This document shows, piece after piece, positions 47,687 through 56,900 of a DNA stretch of 64,000 bases. The DNA comes from Bacteroidales bacterium (GTDB lineage: Bacteria > Bacteroidota > Bacteroidia > Bacteroidales > FEN-979): positions 74,064-138,063 of the forward strand of contig JBBRTX010000001.1 of assembly GCA_038244085.1 (NCBI GenBank). The letters run 5' to 3'. Under the pieces are notes generated by a model. That model did no database searches, was not told the origin of the DNA, and saw only the letters and a program-made list of their open reading frames with translations. Position 1 is the stretch's first letter. Each line of letters begins with the position of its first letter. Position numbers and translations under genes: made by a program.

Positions 47687-49918
47687 TCAATGTTTAATAT
47701 AGATTTTGGCACTAACAGTCCCCTTTTCTGTATAAACTTTCGCTACATAAATCCCTTCACCGGCTCCCGGATAAAATTTATTCAGTGGCGTTTTCTCAAT
47801 CCGGTTTTCATAGATTTTCCTTCCCGTCATATCAAAAATCATGATGGTGCCGGTTTGTTCGTATTCCGGTGTTGCTCTTACATAAACATCACCGTTGAAA
47901 GAATAGATACTTATGCCTTTAACTGTTTTCTGATCATCCACCCCAAAGGAAGGATTGGAGAAGTGCAATACAAAACGGTTAGGGTTTTCTTCTTTCTGGT
48001 ATGCAAAACGATAAACGGGATTTAATAACAGATCCTGAAAAGTATTCATTTTCAGATCTTCGAGGAATATTCCCATGCCTGGTTTAAAAGTGTCAAGATT
48101 TTCGGCTGTGATGTTGAAGTTCCCTGCGAAACCAACCGTAAAACCGACTGGAACCAGTGTCGTTTCTCCCGCGAATGGCCTAATATCAATTGCCAGTCGT
48201 TCCATTTCCGGTGTAGTCGAGAAAATCGAAGGAATAGAATCGCTGTTCGTCAGTTTATAGGCATCATAATGTTGATCAATGCCATTTGAAAAGCCATCCA
48301 TCAGAGAAATCGCAATATCATCGGTGAACGGTCCCCCTGAAGTTCTTAACCTGAGATAGTTTGACCATTCCGCATCTTTGTAAAAGACTGCATTATTATG
48401 GACCCGCGTCGGATTGTCACATCCAATCGTTCCTGAAGAAGTGTTTACTTTTATAAAATAGCCCTGCATTGCCGGAATATACCTGGTTGCAGTTCCTGTT
48501 GAAAGACCTGTCCCCCAGGAATAGGTGTCGTATTGGTAAGTGATCCCGTTAGCAGAAGTAAGATAATACAGCACCCGATCAACATTGGATCCCCATGTCG
48601 ACCAACCTCCCGCAGGAGATGAGAAACTACCAAAATCCTGTGCTGACGGATAAGGGTTACCGGCAAGATTCCATCCTCCTCCGCCTGAAGGCGTATAGGG
48701 GAATGATATTGACTGAGCGCCACTATTCAGACTGCCGGTAAATGACCTGCTACCCGACGAACTGCCCAGCCATACTTCATACCCTCTGAAAACTTCAAGC
48801 GGTTCGGTTGTCGTACTTATCCAAGGTCCCCAAACGTTTCCGGGTTCATTCCAGTTTCTCAGATAATCGCCTGTGAATACTGATGAAAGGGCATTTGAAA
48901 TCGGGGAAGTGATATAATGATAGGAATCCTGCGTAATATATCTTTCAACCCTCACGGATCCTCCATTCTTGTATGTGATGGTTCCTGTGTTTCTGAAAGA
49001 GCCGGTGCCGGAAGACCTTGAAGTTATCCATAGTCCGAGCGGGTTGCATATCAAAGTGTTCCCATTCACGGTTAATGGATGGTCTTTGTCAATCAGTAAC
49101 CTGGCTCCCGGATGAATACACAGGTTATAGGCTTTGCATTCTGACCCGGCAGTAGTGCCGGAAATCTGCGCAGAGGCACCGACCGTATCAAACACAGAGG
49201 TACTCACTGCCTGGGCCCAGTCAACAACGCCTCCTGCCTGCATCCAACCTTGTGAGCCGGTATAAATCCTTCCCAGCGCAAGATCGGTCAGATCCTTTCC
49301 TTCAAATAACGAAGGATCTTCATAATAGCTTGCGTAGTATGGGACAACTCCGGTGGCATATTTCTGATAGCCGTTGATTGCACTTATCTGGAAATTGACC
49401 CCTGCTGCCCCGGTAAGGGAATTTATTTTAAGATAAACTGTCCCTAATACCTGCCAGGAGGTCGTGACTTCGGCATACGCCCCGCTTGATGGGGCATTCC
49501 CATTGAAGGACATATTTCCGTAAACCGCAATGTTCAGGTTATTTGAATTCCAGTTAACCGTTGTCACATACTTATCTGCTGGCGGATCAGGAAAAGCGGA
49601 GTACTGTCCGGCAACGAAACCTTTGATGAATGACGGATTAGTGGTTGTATTGAAATTAGCGACATTCACGTTGCAGATGATCTGCGAGGAATAAAGGTAA
49701 GTTCCATTAGCGGATGCTTTCATCAGGATGTCAAAAACAAGGTAATTCACACCCGTGTTATACACGATTTTGGGATTGCTGAAGCTGAATGAAACGGTTT
49801 CCGCTGAATAAACAGAAAAGACCGAGCATAGGATAATCCCCGAACAGATGATGATCTTTTTCATTTTTTTTAGTTTAATGTTTGACATTTCCATGATCCA
49901 TGTTTTTATAAAAGTCAT
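47687..49918 (-). CDS. T9SS-sorted secreted protein of unknown function
   Basis: Signal peptide (MKKIIICSGIILCSVFSVYSAE, from the alternative ATG at 49864). C-terminal type-A Por tail ...ISIYSFNGDVYVRA...GTIMIFDMTGRKIY...GIYVAKVYTEKGTVSAKIYIKH. ATGA overlap with the upstream gene. Confidence 0.75.
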   Translation of the reverse strand: MTFIKTWIMEMSNIKLKKMKKIIICSGIILCSVFSVYSAETVSFSFSNPKIVYNTGVNYLVFDILMKASANGTYLYSSQIICNVNVANFNTTTNPSFIKGFVAGQYSAFPDPPADKYVTTVNWNSNNLNIAVYGNMSFNGNAPSSGAYAEVTTSWQVLGTVYLKINSLTGAAGVNFQISAINGYQKYATGVVPYYASYYEDPSLFEGKDLTDLALGRIYTGSQGWMQAGGVVDWAQAVSTSVFDTVGASAQISGTTAGSECKAYNLCIHPGARLLIDKDHPLTVNGNTLICNPLGLWITSRSSGTGSFRNTGTITYKNGGSVRVERYITQDSYHYITSPISNALSSVFTGDYLRNWNEPGNVWGPWISTTTEPLEVFRGYEVWLGSSSGSRSFTGSLNSGAQSISFPYTPSGGGGWNLAGNPYPSAQDFGSFSSPAGGWSTWGSNVDRVLYYLTSANGITYQYDTYSWGTGLSTGTATRYIPAMQGYFIKVNTSSGTIGCDNPTRVHNNAVFYKDAEWSNYLRLRTSGGPFTDDIAISLMDGFSNGIDQHYDAYKLTNSDSIPSIFSTTPEMERLAIDIRPFAGETTLVPVGFTVGFAGNFNITAENLDTFKPGMGIFLEDLKMNTFQDLLLNPVYRFAYQKEENPNRFVLHFSNPSFGVDDQKTVKGISIYSFNGDVYVRATPEYEQTGTIMIFDMTGRKIYENRIEKTPLNKFYPGAGEGIYVAKVYTEKGTVSAKIYIKH

Positions 49919-51411
49919 AAAACAACCAGTTTCTGAATGACACTTTTGTTCTCACAATGAATGGCCAGGAAGTAAAGACCGGGCGTCAGGTCCCGTATAT
50001 CGATGAGATAAACACTGGACTCACTTCCCTGAGAAGCATCATATTTCTTAACTAAAATGCCATCGTTTGTAAAAAAGGCCACTTTAATAGTTTTTATTGG
50101 CGCAACGGAAGATTTAAGGAGGAAATAATCCTTGGCCGGGTTGGGTATGATTTGAAATAAGGAGGACATCGGTTCGGTTGTATTAGTGGAAATAACCACA
50201 TGGAGATAATTTGAGATATCTGAACTGCATTGGTTAAGCGTCACGATATCAGAATAATTACCGGTTACACCGGGAGTGTATGATTGACCCGTAGCACCGG
50301 GTATCGGAATTTGCTCAAGTAGCCATTGATTGCCGGAGGGTGAACTTGAGGTTAGGCTGATTCCTTCCAGAGTGATAACCGGAGCAGGCGGGACCGGGTT
50401 GACGATCACTTCCGCATAACCAGATGATAGGCCGCTGCAATTGGCATCAGAAACAGAAGTAACCGTATAGAGACCGGGATCGGAAGTATAAATGAAATAA
50501 GGTGTACTATATTGGTTGCTGACTAGGGTGGTATCAAATCCATTTGAAATTTTAAAATTCCAGGGAGGGGTTCCCGTAAAGTCAGTTATGATGATAGCCG
50601 TTGAACCATCATCACACAAGCTTTCACCACCCGAAACATAGGCCGTAGGAAGTGATGAGGAGGTGACATGTAATACCGAAACTGGACCTGGTCCGCATTC
50701 GTTGACTCCGCTTACCGTAATATCTCCGGATGCGGAGTTGGATGAATAATCCACCGAGATGACATTCGTATCTGACACACCAGTTATTATTGCACCTGCA
50801 GGAACGGTCCAACTGTAACCTGTTGCGCCGGATATTGTTGCGACTTCATAAACAACATTTTCCTGTCCGGCACAAACGGCGGTTTCTCCCCAAATCTGTC
50901 CGGGAGCGTCCAAGGCTCCGCATAGCATTCCGTTAACATAATACTGAACAGTTGGGGTATCAATAAGTATGTTATTGTTTCCGTCTGAATACATGCAGGT
51001 ACCCCCAATATCAAACCAAACCAGGGAGTCATTTCCGTTAAAATAGGTGAAAATATAATTGAACAACCAGCTTCCATCGGGCAGGGTGAGGCTGTTTCCA
51101 TACCAGCCTATGACAATCCGGTGATAACCGGTTCCCAGGTCAAGATCCCCGACAGAAAAGTTGCCGCTAAGCAACGGGTTTTTGTTACACTGAACATAAT
51201 GGATTTTTGAATAATCATAATCCAGATAAAGCGTGATCGAAGCAATATTATTAAAACCGGTAATGGTAACGGGAACAGTAACCTGCTGCCCCGGAAGTAA
51301 ATTCCCGATGGTTGCGGCAGTAGTCACAGGTGCAGTCTGGGCTTTCCCTGTTGGGGAAAATCCCGGTAATAAATTCGCTGTGATCACTACAAAAAATAAA
51401 AATCGCTTCAT
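49915..51411 (-). CDS. secreted protein: cohesin-like module + Ig/PKD-like domains + T9SS C-terminal domain
   Basis: Signal peptide. Cohesin-like LLPGQQVTVPVTITGFNNIASITLYLDYDYSKIHYV...YYVNG. Ig-like GATGYSWTVPAGA...NECGPGP. Tail IPNPAKDYFLL...LTPGLYFLAIHCENKSVIQKLVVL. Confidence 0.75.
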   Translation of the reverse strand: MKRFLFFVVITANLLPGFSPTGKAQTAPVTTAATIGNLLPGQQVTVPVTITGFNNIASITLYLDYDYSKIHYVQCNKNPLLSGNFSVGDLDLGTGYHRIVIGWYGNSLTLPDGSWLFNYIFTYFNGNDSLVWFDIGGTCMYSDGNNNILIDTPTVQYYVNGMLCGALDAPGQIWGETAVCAGQENVVYEVATISGATGYSWTVPAGAIITGVSDTNVISVDYSSNSASGDITVSGVNECGPGPVSVLHVTSSSLPTAYVSGGESLCDDGSTAIIITDFTGTPPWNFKISNGFDTTLVSNQYSTPYFIYTSDPGLYTVTSVSDANCSGLSSGYAEVIVNPVPPAPVITLEGISLTSSSPSGNQWLLEQIPIPGATGQSYTPGVTGNYSDIVTLNQCSSDISNYLHVVISTNTTEPMSSLFQIIPNPAKDYFLLKSSVAPIKTIKVAFFTNDGILVKKYDASQGSESSVYLIDIRDLTPGLYFLAIHCENKSVIQKLVVL

Positions 51412-51438
51412 AATCCGGTATTGTGATGTTACTGAACC

Positions 51439-53877
51439 CTATGGTAGTGAACTGCTTCTTCCGAAGTTGACCAACCAGAAATCCGTATAATCATCCAGGT
51501 ATACTTTCCCGTTAAGATTGAAATCACTGGGGAGATATTGAATAAGACCAAAATCCCGCATCCAGAAATCCGTGTAGTCATCGATGTAAATACTTTTCGA
51601 TTGATTAGCATCTCCTGCCACCATCCCCCATTTGGATAAGGTTCCGTCAATCAGCTTATAACCGGTTGTTCCACCATATGCCTTTGCGGACCCTGTGGTA
51701 AAATCGTACAAAGCACTCCCTCCGTTCAATGTTACTGTAGCTGCACTCATGATGGCGAGATGATTACGGTGCTTGATTACCACATAATAATTTCCATAAG
51801 CAACCCCCGGGAAACGCAGGCCGGTTGTTCCATCTATATCCGTAACTGAACCATCATTTTTTAAAAATCCTGCTCTTGCGGCTACTTTGGATGAAGCCCA
51901 TGGATTGGTCCTGAGCTCTACCAGGATCCAGTCGGTGCTATTGGCAGGAATGGATGTAACTGATTCTGTTCCCGCATAATTCCATGGTGAGCCTGAATAG
52001 GGTTGTGTTAATGGCATGATGGATCCAAGCGATATCCCCATTGATCCGGACTGATAGGGCCCCTCAAGAAAAACTTTTAACTGCGCATTGAGATCAATTG
52101 AAGAATTATTCACGGTTCCATTCAGATAAAACTGGCTTTTGGGAAGGTCATAGAGTGATGGCGAAGATCCTCCTTCTGAATAACTGCATCCGCCACCATC
52201 GCACAACCACTGGATTCCACTTGTTCCTCCGTTGAAATAAAAACCAAGATTCAGAAGCGTGGCTCCATCCGTTAACCCTGCGGGTCCGCCCGACCAGACA
52301 ATGGAAAGCAATCCCGGTTCAGGATTGGATGCGGTAAATGTTCCGCCTAACGGAGCGGCAAGCGCAGTAGTCAGGTAATTCAGAACTGCAGGATCGTAAG
52401 CAAGGGTAAATGAAAAAGCACCAATGTTGCTAAAATTCCTGACCTTCACCGGAACGATGACATTCTGACCGGGATTAGCATTCACAGCCACTGCCTGTGT
52501 TACCGGAGCCAGATGTGTGCCGACAAGACCATCCTGGTAAAAATTACTGACGGGTTCTTTCCACAATGGTTTCAACCCTGTCCATTTATACATGCATGAA
52601 TCACCCCCGGTATTCCATTTCAACGCGGAAGATCCACCTCCCGTCACATTAAAGTTGAAACTGATAATTTCACTGTTGTCAGGGAGCGTCTTGGGCGACC
52701 CGGACCACGACATGGTAATCCGGCTTTTTCCGTCGGGACCCGGCGGAAGGTTATTCACTGCCATTGCACCTGCGAAGATGGAATTCACCGTATAAGCTCC
52801 GGCGGGAAGGGTCATCACCGATGCATCATAACTAAAACTCAGGGCAAGAGAAGCGATATTTGAAAAACCACTCACTTTAACAGGGACTGAAGTAGAAAGT
52901 GGGGATACCGGAGCATTGGAGATTACCGGTAACAAGGTTTTTGGTGAAACACTGCAGGCGACCAATCCGTCTTTAAAAAATGCAGACTGAGGCGTATCAT
53001 ACAACTGGTTCCATTGGACATCATTGAAGCTACATGATCCTCCATTATCATACCATGAAAGGGTTGTATACGTTTTATCCTGATTGCTAAAATTAAAATT
53101 CAGCGTACACAGTATGCTGCCATATGGGAGTGTGACGCCAAGACCTGAAAAATCCATCCAGTTGATTACCATTAATTTCCTGCTGCCTCCAATCCCCTGG
53201 GGAGAACCCACCATAAAATAGCCCGCCACAGATGGGTGAGCGACAAAAGACTGATAGGTAAGAACCGCAGTATCGTATGAAAAATACAAGGTTCCGGCCG
53301 CAATACTGGTATAATTTGTAACGGTAATGGGCACGGAGACCGTTCCGTTCTGGGCATTGTCAATATATGGCGCCTGTACGACCGGTGAGGCATAAGTGAC
53401 GACACCATTCTTATAATGATCTGTTTTGGGAAGATCATTCAATACGGTAAAAGCACCACCGGAATATTTTTTAAACAAGCAGGAACTCCCTGATGTTGCC
53501 CAGGTCAGATCTGCCACACCCGATACATAAGTAAAAGTAAGAACCACGAGATTTGAACCGTCCGGAAGGGTTACCCCATAGGTGCCGGTCCAGGTAATGG
53601 TGATTGTGCCCGGCGTACTGCCGTTAATGGTAAGACTACCAAACACGGCATTTCCTGTTCCACCCTGATAGGTGACCTTTGAAACCGGGTAATTCATTGT
53701 GAGCTGAAAATAACCGATATCGGTAAAGGATTTTACACTGACAGGGATCGTGACCGCGGAAAAGGTTTTGGCAGCATAAAGGGCGGATCCGGAGGAAACG
53801 ACCGGTGCATCTTGTGAAAAAGACGCTGCTGCAAATAACCAGAAAAGACCAAGTAATAAGGCGGTTTTTGTTTTCAT
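51439..53877 (-). CDS. scaffoldin-like secreted protein: 4 tandem cohesin-like modules + LEGPY/HRNH beta domain + C-terminal dockerin-like pair, no T9SS tail
   Basis: The start is set at MKTKTALLLGLFWLFAAASFSQ (ATG 53877), because the track ATG at 53943 lies in the loop of the upstream terminator. Module 4 reads NPGQNVIVPVKVRNFSNIGAFSFTLAYDPAVLNY...FYLNG. The C-terminus reads GDANQSKSIYIDDYTDFW...SDFNLNGKVYLDDYTDFW. Confidence 0.75.
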   Translation of the reverse strand: MKTKTALLLGLFWLFAAASFSQDAPVVSSGSALYAAKTFSAVTIPVSVKSFTDIGYFQLTMNYPVSKVTYQGGTGNAVFGSLTINGSTPGTITITWTGTYGVTLPDGSNLVVLTFTYVSGVADLTWATSGSSCLFKKYSGGAFTVLNDLPKTDHYKNGVVTYASPVVQAPYIDNAQNGTVSVPITVTNYTSIAAGTLYFSYDTAVLTYQSFVAHPSVAGYFMVGSPQGIGGSRKLMVINWMDFSGLGVTLPYGSILCTLNFNFSNQDKTYTTLSWYDNGGSCSFNDVQWNQLYDTPQSAFFKDGLVACSVSPKTLLPVISNAPVSPLSTSVPVKVSGFSNIASLALSFSYDASVMTLPAGAYTVNSIFAGAMAVNNLPPGPDGKSRITMSWSGSPKTLPDNSEIISFNFNVTGGGSSALKWNTGGDSCMYKWTGLKPLWKEPVSNFYQDGLVGTHLAPVTQAVAVNANPGQNVIVPVKVRNFSNIGAFSFTLAYDPAVLNYLTTALAAPLGGTFTASNPEPGLLSIVWSGGPAGLTDGATLLNLGFYFNGGTSGIQWLCDGGGCSYSEGGSSPSLYDLPKSQFYLNGTVNNSSIDLNAQLKVFLEGPYQSGSMGISLGSIMPLTQPYSGSPWNYAGTESVTSIPANSTDWILVELRTNPWASSKVAARAGFLKNDGSVTDIDGTTGLRFPGVAYGNYYVVIKHRNHLAIMSAATVTLNGGSALYDFTTGSAKAYGGTTGYKLIDGTLSKWGMVAGDANQSKSIYIDDYTDFWMRDFGLIQYLPSDFNLNGKVYLDDYTDFWLVNFGRSSSLP
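52105..53805 (-). repeat. four tandem ~140-aa cohesin-like coding repeats
   Basis: Each unit has (V/I)xVP(V/I)xVxxF(T/S)xI(G/A)xxxLxxxY(D/P)xxV(L/M)x(Y/L) near its start and (F/H)Y(K/Q/L)(N/D)G near its end. ORF residues 47-185, 186-330, 331-477 and 478-613. Confidence 0.7.
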
Positions 53878-53927
53878 GATAATGACGGGTAGAGGTATGA
53901 CATCAGGAAATTTTAAAACAAAAAATT

Positions 53928-53961
53928 GAAAAGAGGGGAGCATGACACTCCCCTCTTTTTC
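53928..53961 (-). terminator. rho-independent terminator after the 1895-aa gene
   Basis: A perfect 12-bp stem, AAAAGAGGGGAG (53929-53940) / CTCCCCTCTTTT (53948-53959), with a 7-nt loop. On the minus strand it is followed by CAATTTTTTGTTTT and begins 6 nt after the TAA. Confidence 0.65.
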
Positions 53962-53966
53962 AGGTT

Positions 53967-56900
53967 TTATTTATTCACCACAATTTTAATGGTTCTAAGC
54001 AATTCGTCAGTTCCGTTTTTGAACTTCAGAACAGCCATGTAGATTCCGGAAGGCATCTGTGTGGATGCCAGTTTCACGTTATGCTTGCCACTTGCCTGTG
54101 GTTCATTCACATAGGTAGCGATAACCTGGCCAACCATGTTCATAATCTCAAGTGTGACTTCTCCGCTTTCGGGGAGCGTATAACTGATGGTAGAGTAATC
54201 CTTGAAAGGATTTGGATGACAATTCAGCGAGAAATCCTTACCGTTCGGATCAATGATACCGACAGGTGAATTTGCTATGACCTCAACGCCGAGTTGAGCA
54301 TGCGGAATGACCATTGCATCGGCATCAGCCAGTTCGTTCAAAGGATCACCAGCCAGCGTTAACCGGAAAGTGCTTCCTTCAACGAATGCGGAAGTAGTCT
54401 TCAGTTTCAGGATCACCACTGCATCGGTTTCTGCAACCTGCATTGATGTTTCCGAATACCAGCTGATCTTCAGCACATTGTCATTTACACTATAACTTAC
54501 CGGGGAATTACTGCCTGTTACGGTTACATCTTTAACTTCCACCAGGTCTGACGGAACATTAAGGACGAGAGAAACAGCGCTCAGACCCATGGCGGTTGTG
54601 GCATAAACCGGGAGTTCAAATTCCTGACCGGCTCCCACGTTCCTTGTGGATCCATAGGTAATTTCGAGGTTCTCAGTTTCGGCCTTTGCAGATCCGGGAA
54701 TGTAGCTCTCGTTAAAGTCTCCGGTAACACCTGCCAGAAGATCAATGTTAACGAGGTCGGCTGATGCAAGAAGCTTCACAAACCAGGTCAGTGGAGGAGC
54801 GGGTATCTGGGTGTTTAACATATCACCTTTCTTCCAATATGACCATGGAGCGCGGGTAAACGGCGTTCCTGAAACAAAGAACTGCTGAATGCGCAAAGCA
54901 TCAAAACCGGTAAGGAGATTATCGTTAGTAACGTCACCCTGCAGGAAACGGCTGTGCTGAATTGGGAACAGGATGGTCGGCCAAATGAGCACCTGTGCGG
55001 CATCTGTAGAGTTTATACCACCAACGGGTTTATTGTTTTGTGTGACGATAACGGTATAATCTCCTGCACAAAGGTTTGTGAAAGAATACTGCCCTGATGC
55101 ATTGGTCGTCGCAGTCTGAATAGGAACGGTTCCGGGAACTGGTACCAAACCAACTCCGACATTACTCATCGTCGTGGTATAGCAGTTCGGATACGTGATG
55201 GTACCGGAGAGATTCCTGAAGACTACCGTAACCGTCTTGCAACAGTTAGAGAAGCAACCGGTTTGCGGATCTGTCGTTTTAAGACACAGCGTAAAGGTTC
55301 CTGCGCCCAGCGCTGTAACATTCACAGTTTGCTGGATAGCAGATCCTATGATCGTTCCATTGCCGGAAATGGTCCAGAGGTAGTTCAGACCTGACGGACC
55401 GGTATACACGTTGTTCAGCGCTCCCGGGCAAACATAACTTTCACCAGTGATCAGACACGATGGATTCCTGTTGAAGGTTATATGAATCGGGATATCCAGT
55501 GAAGTACAATTGTAGATATCCTTGATGGAACCTGTAAAGGTATAGTTGTCCGGAGGATAATCGCCGGGAACCGTTAACATGGGTTCTCCTGTATTACCTG
55601 CAACCCAGTATTGCAAACCATCAACCAGTTTATAATCGGTTCCTACCTTCTTAACATAGAAGAATGGAGCATTACCATTGATGATCAGCCACATCTGTCC
55701 CTGCCATCCTGTAGCGCCTGCAACAACACCTCTGGCTGCCCAGTAAGCAAAGTAAGCAGCAGCATTCGGCACGTTGGTCAGCTTGAAAGGATTGAGGAAA
55801 TTATCCATTAAAGGCTGGGTAGCGGTGAGCGTATTAATATCAAGGTAATAGCTCGGTACAGCAGGATCAAGACACATGTTGTAGTTCATACAGAGTCCAT
55901 TCATCTCAATCCAGGGGCCTGTACCAACCATAAATTGCAAGGTGGCGCACTCAAGAATAGGAAGTGGGTGAACGATCACTGTCTTACTGCAAATTCCGTA
56001 GCAGTTATTGCGATAGATCTCGTCAGTTACTGTGTAGGAATCTTCACTTCCGGCAAGAATCGTTACGGTAGCAAGCGTATGCGAACCAATAATGATTCCA
56101 TGACCTGTTACATTCCAGTGATGGGTTACAGTTCCGCCTGCTGGCAGCACTGTGCTGGTATGCGTGTTGGTGGATCCCTGGCAAACAGATATCGGACCAT
56201 CAATTGAACAGGTTGGAATTGCGCTTACCTGTACCGTTTTGGTGCAGGAACTGGCACAACCATTCCGGGTGATATTGTCGGTAAGTGTGAATGGGCCATC
56301 AACCAGACCGGCAATAATGTCGACAGTAGCTGTGTTGTTTGCGCCATTAATGGTTCCGTTTCCGGTGATAGACCATAAATGGGTTACGGTTCCGCCTGCG
56401 GGTAATACCGTAGAGGTATAACTCCCGGCAGATCCTCCGCAAACATTGGCATCACCTGCGATGGAGCATGTCGGAATTGGATTTACCGTTACTGTTTTGC
56501 TGCATGACCCCGGGCATCCGTTACGTGTAATCGCGTCTGTCACGGTGTATGTCCCGGCAGCTGTTGCAGTAACAGTTACTGATGAACCTGTAAGTCCTGA
56601 AGTGATCGTTCCGTTGCCGGTGATTGACCATGAATGGGTTACGATTCCGCCGGCAGGAAGGACAACATTTGCATATACATTTCCTGTTGAAAGTGCACAA
56701 ACGGCATCTGGTCCATCGATGGTGCAGGTCGGATTAGGATTAACAACTACTGTAATACAGCATGAACTGGCACAACCATTGCGTACAATATTGTCGCAAA
56801 GGGTGAAGGTTCCTTCTGCATTCGTTGTTGTATGAATCATTACACTGGCATCCGTTGTTGATCCAACAATGGTTGCAGCACCTGTGATTGTCCAGGCATG

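Noticed and set aside
47136-47697. Plus-strand ORFs 47136-47492 (118 aa) and 47365-47697 (110 aa) as the real genes in this interval.
   Set aside because: The minus-strand reading gives a coherent signal peptide, linker, TM helix and basic tail. The plus-strand translations are the Gly/Pro-rich mirror image with no start context. They are retained only as an alternative under the mini-protein finding.
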